Below are positions 1 to 14,098 of a stretch of 64,000 bases of DNA, piece by piece. Location of the stretch: NCBI RefSeq assembly GCF_009914755.1, contig NC_060929.1; one strand, 5' to 3'. The DNA comes from the human T2T-CHM13v2.0 reference genome, Homo sapiens. The position numbers were made by a program, and so were the translations under genes. The notes beneath the pieces were generated by a model. It searched no databases. It was not told the DNA's origin and worked only from the letters and a program-made list of their open reading frames with translations. The first letter of the stretch is position 1, and each line of letters opens with the position of its first letter.

Positions 1-3000
1 ACACAAGCCAGCATAGTAACCAGCTAACAACATAATAACACAATCAGATCCACACATGTCAGTGCTAACCTTGAATGTAAACAGGCTTAATGCCCCACGT
101 AAAAGGTATAGAGTGGCACACTGGATTTAAAAAAACAATGGTATGTGGTCTTCAAGAGACCCCTCTCACATGTAATGACACCCATAGGCTCAAAATAAAG
201 GGATGGAGAAAAATCTACCAAGTAAATGGAAATCAGAAAGAAGCCGGGTTGCCATCCTGATTTCAGACAAAGCAGACTCTGAACCAACAAAGATTAGAAA
301 AAGACAAAGAAGGGCATTACACAATGGTAAAGGGTTCAATTCAACAAGAAGACCTAACTATGGTAAATATATATGCAACCAACACAGGAGCACCCAGATT
401 CATAAAACAACTTCTTAGAAACCTACAAAGAGACATAGACTCCCACACAATAATAGTGGGAGCCTTCAACACTTCAATGTCAGTATTAGACAGCTCATCG
501 AGGCAGAAGAGTAACAGAGATATTCCGGACCTGAACTCAACATTGGACCAAATGTATCTGACAGACTGCTGCAGAACTCTCCACCCAAAACAACAGAATA
601 TATATTCCTCTCATTGCCACGTCACATACTCTAAATTGGACCACATAATTGGACATAAAACAATCCTCAGCAAATGCAGAAGAACCAAAATCATACCAAA
701 CACACTGTTGGACCACAGTGCAATAAAAATAGAAGTCAGGATTTAAAAAATAGCTTAAACCAGTCAATTACATGGATATTAAAAACATGCTCCTGAATGA
801 CTTTTGGGTAAATAGTGAAATTAAGACAGAAACCAAGAAGTTCTCTGAAAGTAATGGGAATAAAGATATAACATGCCAGAATCTCTGGGACACAACTAAG
901 GCAGTGTTAAGATGGAAATTTATAGTACTAAATGCCCACATCAAAAAGTCAGAAAGATCTCAAACTAATAACCTAACATCACTACTGAAAGAACTAGAGA
1001 AGGAAAAACAAATCAACCCCAAAGCTAGCAGAAGATAAGCAATAATCAAAATCAGAGATGAACTGAAGGAAATCGAAACACAAAATACCATTCAAAAGAT
1101 CAGCAATTCCAGGAAATGGCTGTTTGAAAAGATTAATAAGATAAGTACGTTGCTAACTAAGCCAATAGAAAATCCAAATAAACCCAATTAGAAATTACCA
1201 AGGGAATGTTAACCACTGACTCTACAGAAATAAAAACAATAATCAGAAACTACTACGAACACCTCTGTGCACACAGACTACAAAACCTACAAGGGATGGA
1301 TAAATTCCTGGACATATACCCCCTCCTAAGACTGAACCAGGAAGAAATTGATTCCCTAAACAGACTAATACGAGCTCCGAAATTGAGTCAGTAATAAATA
1401 GCCTACCAACCGAAAAACCCAGGATCTGAGGGATTCATAGCTGAATTACACCAGATGCACAAAGAAGAGCTGGTACCATTCCTACTGAAACTATTCCAAA
1501 AAATTGAGGAGGAGGGACTCCTCCCCAACTAATTTTTTGAGGCCAGCATTATCCTGATACCAAAACCTGGCAGACACACACACACAAAAAGAAAACTTTA
1601 GCCCAATATCCTCTATGAATATCAATGCAAAAATCCTTGACAAAATACTGGCAAGCCAAATCCAGCAGCACATTAAAAAGCTAGTTCACAGTGATCAAGT
1701 AGGCTTAATTCCCGGGATGCAAGTTTTGTTCAACATATGAAAATTAAATGTGATTTATCACATAAGGAGAACTGAAGACAAAAAACACATAATTTTTTTG
1801 ATAGATGCAGAAAAGGTTTTTGATAAAATTCAACATTCCTTCATGTTAAAAACTCTCAATAAACTAGGTGTTGAAGGAACATACCTCAGAATAATAAGAG
1901 CTATCTTTGACAGACTCTCAGCCAACATCATACTGAATGGGCAAAAGCTGGAAGCATTCCCCCTGAAAACTGACACAAGGAAAGGATGCCCTGTCTTGCC
2001 ACTCCTATTCAGCATATTATTGGAAGTGCTGGCCACAGCAATCAGGAAAGAGGAATAAAAGGCATCTAAATAGGAAGAGAGGAAGTAAAACTATCACTGT
2101 TTGTACATGACATGTTTCTATATCTAGATAACCCTATGTCTTGGCCCAAAAGCTCCTAGATCTGATAAACAGCTTCAGTAAAGTTTCAGGATACAAAAAT
2201 TAATGTAGAAGAAATGACTAGCATTCCTATACACCAACAACAGCTAATCTGAGAACCAATTCAGGAAGACAGTCCCATTCCCAACTGCCACAAAAAGAAT
2301 AAAATACCTAGGAATACAGCTATCCAGGGGGGTGGAAGATCTCTACAATGAGAATTACAAAACATTGCTCAGATAAATCAGAGAAGACACAAACACATGG
2401 GAAAAACATCCTATGTTGATGGATAGAAAGAATCAATATCATTAAAATGACCATACTGCCCAAAGTATGGCCCAAAAATTTACAGATTCAATGCTATTCC
2501 TATCAAACTACCAACAACATTGTTCACAGAACTAGAGAAACCTATTTTAAAAGTCATATGGAACCAAAATAAGAGGCTGTGTAGCCAAGGCAATCGTAAA
2601 AAAAAGAACAGAGCTTTGAGGTATCATGTTACCCGACTTCAAACTATACTGCAGGGATACAGTAGCCAAAACAGCATAGTAGTGGTACAAAAACAGGCAC
2701 ATTGACCAATGGAACACAATAGAGAATCCAGATATAAGACCACACACCTACAACTGTCTGATCTTTGACAAACCTGACAAAAACAAGCAATGGGGAAAGG
2801 ATTCCATTAATAAATGATGCTGGCAGAATTGGCTAGCCATATGTAGAAAATTGAAACTGGATCCCTTCCTTACATCATATACAGAAATCAACTCAAAATG
2901 GATTAAAGACTTAAATGTAAAACCTAAAACTCTAAAAACCCTGGAAGACAATCTAGGCGATACCATTCTGGACATAGGAATGGGCAGTGATTTCATGACA

Positions 3001-4010
3001 AAGACATCAAAAGCAATCATAACAGAGTAAATAGACAACCTACAGAATAGGAGAAAATATTTGCAAACTATGCATCTGAGAAAGGTCTGAATATCCAACA
3101 TCTGTAAGGAACTTAAATTTACAAGAGAAAAACAGCTCCATCAAAAAGTGAGTAAAGGACATGAGCACTTTTCAAAAGAAGACATACGTGTGGCAACAAA
3201 CATGATAAAAAGCTCAATCACTGATCATTAGAGAAATGCAGATAAAAACCGCAATGTGGCACCATCTCACACCAGTCAGAATGGCTATTATTAAAAAGTA
3301 AAAAAAAAAAAAAAAAAAAAGATGCTGATGAGGTTGCAGTGAAAAGGGAACACTTACACAGTGTTGATGGGAGTGTAAATTAATTCAACCGTTGTGGAAA
3401 GCAGTACTGTGATTCCTCAAAGAGCTAAAAACAGAACTGCCTTTTGACCCAGCAATCCCATTACTGGCTATGTACCTAGAGGAGTATAAATCATTCTGTG
3501 GTAAGGGCACATGCAGGCAAATGTTCATTGCAGCATTATTCACAATAGCAAAGACATAGAATCAACCCAAATGCCCATGAGTGACAGATTGGATTAAGAA
3601 AATGTGGTACATACACATGATGGAATACTGTGCAGCCATAAAAAAGAATGAAATGATGTAATTTGCAGGAACATGGGTGGAGCTGGCATTCATAAAGCAA
3701 CTTCTTTATGGAGGCCATTCTTTAAGGAGGCCATTATCCTTAGCAAACTAACAGGAATAGAAAACCAGATACTGCATGTTCTCACTTACAAGTGGGAGCT
3801 AAATAATGAGAACTCATGAACCCAAAGAATGGAAAAACAGACACTGGGGACTTCTTCATGTTGGAAGTTGGGAGGAGGGAGAGGACCAGAAAAAATAACT
3901 CTCGGGTACTGGGCTTAGTACCTGGATGATGAAATAATCTGTACAACAAAGCCCTGTGACATGAGTTTAGCACACGTACTCCCAAACCTACAATGAAAGT
4001 TAAAAAAAAT
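1..4010 (+). mobile_element. LINE-1 (old L1PA/L1PB-type), ORF2 endonuclease through 3'UTR, degraded, continues off window start
   Basis: ORF fragments 324..746 (MVKGSIQQEDLT...NIYA, endonuclease) and 1750..2058 ([17 protein letters not shown]); typical L1 3'UTR and A-rich end near 4000; many stops and frameshifts. Confidence 0.95.
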
Positions 4011-4059
4011 TAAAGATTGAATGCTGGAATGCTCGGTTAAAAGTAGGGTGGAAATACAA

Positions 4060-4225
4060 GGGTGAATGTGGTGTATAATGGAAGGCAAAAGAAAAAAAAT
4101 ATTTCAAGGAGGAAGAAGGAATGATTAGCAAGATCAGATACTGCTGATAAAGGAAGTCTGATAAAGATTTGAAAATAGACCACTGAATTTAGCAGTGTGA
4201 CCTTGACTAAAGCAGTCAGGACATG
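4060..4225 (-). mobile_element. L2 fragment
   Basis: Purine-rich stretch resembling antisense L2 (gaccactgaatttagcagtgtgaccttgac); boundaries approximate. Confidence 0.45.
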
Positions 4226-4622
4226 AATGGCTCAAGAGATCAGCATATTTGAATAGTATGTAATCTTGTTTCTTTAGCTCTATCCTTCCTATCTCAAAAT
4301 TAATGTTTAAAAAGCACTAATTATTAGAACATTTCTAGGAGATTGAAATCAATTTTTCACATTTATGGATGTAATTTTTTTCCTTAACAGTTATCAAGCA
4401 TTACTTTTATTTTTCTCTGTACCAACTGAGCTGTAATGCTTTTTCATTCGTTTGTTAATTCCTATAAAGACTAAAGACCTAGAATTTTTATAGTTGAAAG
4501 GGACTATATTTAGGCCCACTTGAATTTTATTGTTATTTATCTGTTATGCTTGAAATTTTGTTATTTACTCTTATTTGCATATGAATTGTTTAGTAAATTA
4601 TAAATTTTTTTAAAAAAAACAG

Positions 4623-4712
4623 AAATATGTTGGTGAAGTCTTTAACATCGTCAGTCAACAATCAACAGCCAGGCCAGGATGCATTATTGCATTAGATCCC
4701 ATTACCAAACTT
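4623..4712 (+). CDS. DMXL1: DMXL1 coding exon (~14): KYVGEVFNIVSQQSTARPGCIIALDPITKL
   Basis: cag|AAA...CTT|gtaagt, 90 nt, phase 0-0; SQQSTARPGC motif typical of DMXL proteins. Confidence 0.92.
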
Positions 4713-5317
4713 GTAAGTATTAATTTTGGGGGGGAGGTATATTAAAAAAAAGTTTATGAAAGCATTTTGCATAAAATCTATATATTAATGTAATTTGAAA
4801 ATTTGCTATATATTTACAGGTAGATTCAGTAATTAACTCATCACATAATAGATAACATATTATTGTATATTTTACTTCCTAGACTTCAAACTAGAAAACA
4901 AATTATCCTCATTACTATATTCACAGCCAAATAAATTTTCAAACTTTGACTCAAACATATTAGAAATATTATCATATTACCATTAGATTTAATAAAGTGG
5001 TGTTAGGTTCCTCATCCATGGTTATTGAAAATCACTGAAAAGAAAACTAGGTTCCAATTTGTGGCTAAATAAAAAACATTGGTGGATATTATTTCTTACT
5101 TATAAAGACTCATTGTAATGAAAGCAAATCATCTTGACCTAAATTTTTATATTCATCTGTTTAATCTAATGGAGGTGCCATACGCTTACGTTCTGCTGAA
5201 CTTTTGACTTCTTATTCTGCCTTTAAATATCTCATTATGAAGTATTATTTTTCTGGCTATTTAGCATTAGGTAAATAACACATAGGTCAACTTACGTTGA
5301 TATTTATTTATATTCAG

Positions 5318-5420
5318 CATGGCAGAAAAACCCAACTGCTTCATGTTTTTGAAGAAGACTTCATTTTGAATAACCTTGAGAAGAAAAGCCTTGGCAAAGA
5401 CAGCATTTTATCTAATGCAG
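5318..5420 (+). CDS. DMXL1: DMXL1 coding exon (~15): HGRKTQLLHVFEEDFILNNLEKKSLGKDSILSNA
   Basis: ttcag|CAT...GCAG|gtaagg, 103 nt, phase 0-1. Confidence 0.92.
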
Positions 5421-7618
5421 GTAAGGAAGAATTATTTATGGAATGAGAAATACTATGTACAGTATGTTAGGCAGTTAATAAAGATGAATTGGTAAAATGC
5501 TTTACATTGTCTATTTGAAGTAAAAATTGGGGTAGGTTTGTTTATTAAATATTTATCATAAATATGAGTATCTTTTTATTCTTAACCAGGTAATAAATAC
5601 GAACAAAATTAAAGGGGCATCTTGGTTGTATGTTTTTTAAACTGCATAATAGAAATGCTTTATTATTAACATATGAGAGCTTTTTGCATGGATGGGGTCC
5701 TACCCATCCATTTGGATATTATGGACCTCCTGCCTTTTGAAAATTTATAATTTAAAGAAGTAGCTTAAAACTTCAAGCTAGAAGGTCCTTAATTTAAAAA
5801 CTAATTGTCTTAATTAATGCTTTTATAATAAAAGTTTTTAAAATGTTAAACTCCTCTCATCAACACTTTACATGAAGGCACACTGAGTAAAATAAAGCTA
5901 CAGTCTCTTGGTCATCACTTGCGATTACAGAGCCAAACCAAACTCAAAAATGGCATTCTTGAATATCACAATCTTATAAATCAATTATACAGTATGTGCC
6001 TGTTGCACAAAGAAGTTATCAAGATTCATATGTTAAATATCTTCTCCATTTGTTCAGACTTTTTTCTTCTCTTTTACATCATGTCTTTCTGCCACCTTTT
6101 CCATTTTTCTTTTATGAGAAGTACTCCTTAGAGTTCTGCACTTTTATGTTGACATCTAATTTCTTACCATTGCTTTTAGTCTTCTATCAGTTTTCTCTGA
6201 GTTAATGAGCTGTGCAAATACACTTTATGTGTTTTTTAAAACTCTGAACATGTTGGAAGTATGCTAAAAATGGGGATTAAAGATATCAGGCGTAAGAGAT
6301 AAGATTATTTATTGTATAAACAAAACTATCCTTTTCATATTAAAATATTAATGAACATGTTAATATTGTTAACAATTTAAGTCTCTTTAAAACTTTTAAA
6401 AGAAGTTACTCTCCTTTGCATAATAAGGTTGAGTTTTTCTGTGTTCTTCTTGTATTCTAGCATTTGCTTTTTTCGGATTCTTCAATTTTTAATGTATTTT
6501 AATTCTCTTTAAGGCTAAGATTTTTCTTAAAATATTCAGGAAATTTTTACTTTTACCCAAAAACTATTATGTTCATTATTAGAGTTTCCTAGAAAATACC
6601 TAAGGAGTTAATGGTTTCATATCTTTTGCTCTATTATGAAGAAGAAAAATGTTTTACAAATATTTTCATTATTGGAGCATTTTTTGTTGTTAGTGAAATT
6701 ATCAAAACTAGGATTGATTTCTATTCTGTTTACTTTTGTTATAATCTTTATCCTTTTCTCTTAATTTCTGTATTTTGGATGCCTAACTTAGAATACATTA
6801 CCAAAGTTACCTTTTCATTTAGTCTCTCAATACAAGATGATTTAAAACATTTATGGTTACCTTTTTTAATTTTTTTGCTATGCAAATTTATAAAAGGGCA
6901 AAGTCTTTGTGCTCTAATAATACCTGCTTTCTCATGTTTTACATGTTCTACGATTTATTTTGTTTTTATAATGTAATTTTCGTTTACCTAATTGTGCACA
7001 TAGTGAATAATAGATTATAATGAAGAAAACTTGGATTAAAATCTATTGTTAAAAAGGTTTTTCAGGCAATAATAAATCATTGATTTTTCTGATGTATTTT
7101 AAAAAGATATGTTTATTTTGAGCAACTCGTGTGCTGTTTATGCAATTTGGGAGAAGACAAATTTTCTTGAATGATATGTTTTATAATGAAAACTTATGGT
7201 TTGGCCATTGGATAAATATCATGAAGTCATCCATTATAGAACTTATTCATTTGAAAAATGTTTGGCACCACCATTTCATCATGATATGTTGAGTTGAAGT
7301 ACATATTACATAGTTCCTATCTGTTTAGAAATTTCCTACTTCTTATGGTTTAATCTTTGTGAACAATTTGATGATGATGACTGTAAACCTATCAATTCAA
7401 ACATGAAATAGCATACATATTATTGTAAAAATTTTAAGTTAATACAAATTCATGTGGTAAAGGATTTGAATATATTTTATAATACCACTTGTGTTTGAAG
7501 CCTTAGGTAAAAGTTTTTAATCTTCTTTTTTTAAAGTCCAATTATTTTAACTTGGCATGTTTAGCAAGTTGTCTCTTTTACACATAGTAACAGTGAAAAA
7601 TATCATTAATACCAACAG

Positions 7619-7738
7619 GCAGCTCACCTAATGGATTTTCTGAGAAGTTCTACCTAATTGTAATAGAATGCACTCAAGACAACCGTTCACTGTTACACAT
7701 GTGGAATTTACATCTAAAGTCAATTCCTGTCTCATTAG
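7619..7738 (+). CDS. DMXL1: DMXL1 coding exon (~16): SSPNGFSEKFYLIVIECTQDNRSLLHMWNLHLKSIPVSL
   Basis: caacag|GC...TTAG|gtgagt, 120 nt, phase 1-1. Confidence 0.9.
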
Positions 7739-8030
7739 GTGAGTCTTTTGTGTGTGTGTTTGTGCAACTTTAATAGGTGTAAGTTAACAAATTACACAAA
7801 ATTAGATAATTTGGGACATATTTCTTAAAGCCATTCTCATTAAATGGTGATAACTGTAGATTATTCAATTAATTCAAAAAGCTTTTCTTATTTTCTTTCT
7901 GTGAAGAATCATATTAATATGTTTACTATTTTATCTTTTACAAGGCAGTTTTGGATTGTAAAATGTAACAATCGTAATATTTATAGGGTTCCCCTGCCTC
8001 AGTTTTTGGTTCTTTTCTTATGTTTTGTAG

Positions 8031-8252
8031 ATGAAAAAGTAGATACAAAATTATCCGAAGCGGTTTGGCAGCCAGAAGAACATTATTCTTCTTCTCCAGA
8101 GAAGATCCTATCTCCTTTTTCACAAAAGTATCAGGCTTGCAGAGCAAATCTCCAGAGTACCAGCAGGTTGACTCTGTTTTCAGAAATGGTTTATAGCCAA
8201 GAATTGCATTTACCAGAAGGAGTTGAGATAATAAGTATTAAGCCATCAGCAG
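8031..8252 (+). CDS. DMXL1: DMXL1 coding exon (~17): DEKVDTKLSE...EIISIKPSA
   Basis: ttttgtag|AT...GCAG|gtttgt, 222 nt, phase 1-1; lies in ORF 7844..8260. Confidence 0.92.
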
Positions 8253-8638
8253 GTTTGTAAATTTTATGAAAAGAGACTAATTTTGTAACACATGAGTATT
8301 TACCAGGTATTTAAAAATAGGTGCTGCAACTATCTCTTAAATCCACACAGAACTAGAAATGGAAATAATATATTCAAGTACCCTAAATTGAAGACTTATA
8401 GTTCTCATTATGTTTTCAGATTACTCTGACATTTATCAGCCAGTTCTAGTCTTAAATATTGATTTCTAAAACAAATTTTCTTTGTCTTTTTGGGAAGACA
8501 AAGGGACAGTTTCTGGAGCGGAGATGGTAACTAAGTTGTACTTTATTTGCAGACTTTGATGGTATTGGCAATAGCTGCCTGGAGCCATGATTCTGATTGT
8601 GTGGTTTCTGCTATATATTTATTATCCTTATTCCAGAG

Positions 8639-8823
8639 CAGTGGTTTTCAAAGTGTCCCCAGGCCAGCAGCATCAGCGTCCTGGAAACTTGTTAGAAATT
8701 GGCCACTCCATTTCTTGGGCCACCCAGGGTTACTGAATCTCAGACTCTGGGATGGGGCCCAGTGGCCTGGACTTACAAACCTTTAAAGTGATTCTTATGC
8801 TTGCAAAAGGTCAAGAACCACTG
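8639..8823 (+). mobile_element. MER5A (hAT-Charlie MITE)
   Basis: Termini cagtggttttcaaag...caagaaccactg are inverted repeats; 8-bp TSD-like flanks ttccagag/ttctggag. Confidence 0.8.
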
Positions 8824-9520
8824 TTCTGGAGTATCAAGAATACTAATCAAAAATACAAATCAAGGCTTATGTTTTAGGAAACTAATAGTGCATGATTACT
8901 TTAAGTCTAAGCAAATGTTAAGTTGTAGTTAGGAATCTTCTCAGCATTTGTTATGGCAAATATACCTCAATCATGAAGGGCCCTGTAAAGTGACCATTCA
9001 GTACTTAAGTAAACATAGGCCATTCACATTTATATTGAAAAATGTGAAAGAGAAGGAGCCAGTGAGTGTTGACAAATTTAAAAAAATGCATTGATACCTT
9101 TAAAATTAGATTTATAATGTATAAAACTAGCAAAGAGCTGTGAAACAAATTCGGGATTAACTAGAATTAAATTCTGCCTATGCCTAAGTTGTTTGATTTA
9201 GGCCCAAGATGTTTAACCTTCAAGAATTGAAGTAAATTATCTCAGAGTTCCCTTTCAACTCTAGGTTTTGGTGATACTTTCTTTTTATATACCTTTCTGA
9301 TGTCATTAAAAGCCTCTTTCTTACTATTCTTGCTGCCCCTTTTTAACTTAAATAAATATAGGCTGTCTATTATGCAGTTTAAAAAACATACAGCCAAGAT
9401 GCCCCTTTGATTTTGTTCATATTTATAGTAGTTAATACAAAAGACTAAAATCGTAAGTACATAAAAACAGAAGTATTTAACCAAATTTGACATTTTGTTA
9501 ACGGATTATTTTTATTTTAG

Positions 9521-11203
9521 GACATCTGAGTTCATCTTCTATATATCCTGCATGCAGTGCTCCTTATTTATTGGCAACTTCATGTTCAGATGAGAAAGTA
9601 AGATTCTGGAGATGCAGAGTAACAGATGGAGAATCTGCCACGTCAAAGAATGGAAAAATTGATCTTGCATACATTTGGGAAGAATGGCCATTACTTATTG
9701 AAGATGGACTTCAGAGCAATAGTAGTATAACTGTACCTGGTAGGCCTGTAGAAGTTAGCTGTGCACATACAAATCGTTTAGCAGTAGCTTATAAGCAGCC
9801 TGCATCTAATAGTAGATCTTCCCAGGACTTTGTGATGCATGTAAGTATTTTTGAATGTGAGTCAACAGGAGGTTCATGTTGGGTCCTTGAACAGACAATT
9901 CATTTAGATGAGTTAAGCACAGTATTGGATTCTGGCATTAGTGTTGATAGCAATTTAGTGGCCTATAATAAACAAGACATGTATTTATCTAGTAAAGAGA
10001 ATATCACATCAAACACAAAGCATTTAGTTCACTTAGATTGGATGTCTAGAGAAGACGGTTCTCATATCCTGACTGTAGGAATTGGATCAAAACTTTTTAT
10101 GTATGGACCCCTGGCTGGCAAGGTACAAGACCAAACTGGTAAGGAAACCCTGGCATTTCCTCTCTGGGAGAGTACCAAAGTTGTGCCCCTTTCTAAATTT
10201 GTACTATTACGAAGTGTGGACCTAGTTTCTTCTGTAGATGGCTCCCCACCTTTTCCTGTTTCTTTATCGTGGGTCCGGGATGGCATCCTTGTGGTAGGAA
10301 TGGACTGTGAAATGCATGTGTATTGCCAATGGCAACCATCTTCTAAACAAGAACCTGTTATAACAGATTCGTACAGTGGGAGCACTCCATCTATAACAAG
10401 TTTAATAAAACAGAGTAACTCCAGTTCTGGGTTACATCCTCCAAAGAAAACTCTGACTCGATCCATGACCAGTCTTGCACAGAAAATCTGTGGAAAGAAA
10501 ACTGCATTCGATCCTTCAGTGGATATGGAAGATTCAGGTCTTTTTGAAGCAGCTCATGTACTTTCCCCGACTCTACCTCAGTATCATCCCTTGCAGCTTT
10601 TGGAACTCATGGATCTTGGTAAAGTTCGGAGAGCCAAGGCCATCTTGTCCCATCTTGTTAAGTGCATTGCTGGGGAAGTTGTGGCTCTGAATGAAGCTGA
10701 ATCTAATCATGAACGCCGCCTTAGGTCTCTCACAATCAGTGCTAGTGGAAGCACTACCAGAGACCCCCAGGCATTCAACAAGGCTGAAAATACAGATTAC
10801 ACAGAAATAGATTCTGTTCCTCCACTTCCTTTATATGCCTTACTTGCAGCAGATGATGATAGCTGTTACTCATCTTTGGAGAAATCTAGTAATGAGAGTA
10901 CGTTAAGTAAATCAAACCAATTATCTAAAGAAAGTTATGATGAGCTTTTTCAGACTCAACTTCTAATGACTGATACTCATATGTTAGAGACAGATGAAGA
11001 AAATACAAAGCCTAGAGTTATTGACCTTTCACAGTACAGTCCGACTTACTTTGGACCTGAGCATGCTCAGGTTCTTTCTGGCCACTTACTTCATTCTAGT
11101 TTACCAGGACTCAGCCGGATGGAGCAGATGTCTTTGATGGCCTTAGCAGATACAATTGCAACTACAAGCACTGATATTGGAGAAAGCCGAGACAGAAGCC
11201 AAG
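9521..11203 (+). CDS. DMXL1: DMXL1 large coding exon (~18): WD40-type segments and start of Rav1p_C-like region (GHLSSSSIYPACSAPYLLATSCSD...LPQYHPLQLLELMDLGK...SRDRSQ)
   Basis: ttttag|GA...CAAG|gtaaaa, 1683 nt, phase 1-1; ORF 9571..11256; HLVHLDWMSREDGSHILTVGIG and LPQYHP motifs of the DMXL/Rav1 family. Confidence 0.97.
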
Positions 11204-11288
11204 GTAAAACTAAACTCCGTACTGATAACATTTTTACTTACTTTCACAGAAAATAATTTTAAATAATTTTTATTAAAATGATGCCATT

Positions 11289-11583
<295 letters not shown>

Positions 11584-12710
11584 TACCATGAAGGTTTTTT
11601 TTGGAAACATCTTTGCTACCTTCACAACAGTTTTAACTTTTTTTCCCCCCGAGACTATCATAAACAGCAAACTCTTAATATGCACTATTTATCCTGTAAA
11701 TCATAGTACTATGAGCGAGTGCACAAAGACTCGTTATGCTGTTCATTTTTACTAATTTTCTGCTCAATAGTATAAAAGATCCAACTGAATCTTTCTGAGT
11801 TTAGCAAAATTTAACAGATTCTTATTAAACAATTATTTTAAGTACCTAAAAATGTGGTTTCTGGGTTTTTTCCCCTCATTTTGTAATAATCCACTATTAA
11901 CAATTATAATTTGGTTTTTAAAACATTGAGTTTTTTTTAAATTAGCATTAATGTATGCTCCTACCTAGAAAAGCATAATGTAATTAGGTCTTTTCCTCAC
12001 CCAGAGAGCATTTAAAAAAAAAATACTGCCAAGTTATGAACAGTTTGCCATAAAATCTCAAGTAAGTTCTGAAATGAACAAATTGAGCCTTGTAGACCAT
12101 ATATACGTCAGTATCCCTTTGAATGAAACTTGAAAGGAAAATATAGGGTAAATTTAATATAATAACAAAATTTAAATTTAAGAAAAATTAAGTTGGTTAT
12201 GAATCTTGACACTTTTAGAGATATTACTAGTAGATACTATTTTTGATGTGAATATGTTATAGGTGTTTTATGTTTTTAGTTTTTGCTTCAAGGAAAAAAT
12301 ATCAGGCCCTCCCACCATAGAACTGTTTCTCCCAGTGTTAACAGCAGATTATTGGGGTGGATGTATGATTCGAACAAACTGTATTGGTTAAAGATAATAC
12401 TGTACATGTGCCACAGAAAAGGTTAAACTGTTCAAAAATCAGTCACATTTTAATTTAAATAAGATTTCAGTCAGAAGAGGTCAGTTTATAAAGAGTATCA
12501 GATTCTCTTTATTCTCTTTATTATTTTTCCAATTGTTTATACTATTTTTTCTGTAATGTAAAATTCTGTAGAAAAAGATAAATGTTAGAAAATATTTTAC
12601 ACTGATAACTTTTTTCTTGGTCAGGTTAAGAATGTTATATGCCTATATTGGGTGTTCTTTTGCTTACAATTTTTTTTTTAATACATTGCTTCCCCTTTCT
12701 CCCATTGCAG

Positions 12711-12818
12711 GTGGAGAAACTCTTGATGAATGTGGGTTAAAATTTCTTTTGGCTGTTCGACTCCATACCTTTCTTACAACTTCCCTTCCAGCCTATCGAG
12801 CTCAACTCCTTCACCAAG
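12711..12818 (+). CDS. DMXL1: DMXL1 coding exon (~19): GGETLDECGLKFLLAVRLHTFLTTSLPAYRAQLLHQ
   Basis: ttgcag|GT...CAAG|gtgatt, 108 nt, phase 1-1. Confidence 0.95.
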
Positions 12819-13449
12819 GTGATTTTGATAGTAATCTATTAAAGGGAAATAAAGCGAGTAGAAAATGAGAGACTTGGGAGTTTTTAAACTTGTTTTTACC
12901 CAAAAATGATAATGATGACATATTTAACATATTTTAAGTTTCCTTTATTTGTTAAAATGTTTATTTTGTCATAATCTTTGCTTAAAACATTGGAATTTTT
13001 AATGGTAGGCAAAAGGAGTTAATGAAGAAACATACTGGAGATGTTCTGTGTTATGTTTTTAAATGCATGATATGTTCAAGGCAAATTAGTATTGTTTCAT
13101 TTTCTTTAATTTCTTCTTTAGATTGTCTTTTCTCTCCTTTTTTTTGACATTTATCTAAATTCAGTTTTTCCACCAAACATTGAATAACATTTGTGTTATA
13201 ATACATTCTCAAATTTTAAATATTTCACAGAGTACAGAATATTGAAAGTGTAAATTTACCCACACTTAAAACTACTGATAAAATATGTATTTCAGATATT
13301 AGTTTAGTATATTTCATGTATTCTATATTTAGTGCTGTATTTCAGATACTGTTAGTTCTCTTACTTTGAACTATCTTAGACTTTGAACTGTCTTAGCATA
13401 ACGTAATAGATTCTTATTAAACGATTATTGTAGGTACCAGAAAATAACA

Positions 13450-13650
13450 TTGTCTTAGAGAGTTCAAAGTAAGAGAAATCTCACTTAAGTTCACTTAAAC
13501 AAAACAGCATGTTTTTTGGCTCATCTCCCGGGAAGTTCAAGAAATAGAGCTGACTTTCAGCATTATTGGAACTATAGGTTTAAAAAGTGTTATTGGGACT
13601 TTGCAGTTTAGCCTTTTAGCCTCTGCTCCTTGGTCTCAGTCTCTTGCTCG
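13450..13650. mobile_element. Old MaLR/ERVL LTR fragment (MLT1K/LTR33-like)
   Basis: cttaaacaaaacagcatgttttttggctcat...gactttcagcat resembles recalled consensus; weak. Confidence 0.35.
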
Positions 13651-13757
13651 TACCTTATGTCTCTGTCTCTTTGTTTCTCTCACTATTTTCTTTTTCTCAT
13701 TTTGCATATAGCTTTGAAAAAAGTAAAGTTGAAAATTCTAAATCAAATTCTTTTTAG

Positions 13758-14098
<341 letters not shown>

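Noticed and set aside
324-2058. L1 ORF2 endonuclease/RT ORFs as an active retrotransposon
   Set aside because: Multiple stops, frameshifts and an internal deletion near 3020
10062-10466. 134-aa antisense ORF within the large exon
   Set aside because: Shadow ORF of a coding exon with no recognisable motif and no independent splice or promoter evidence
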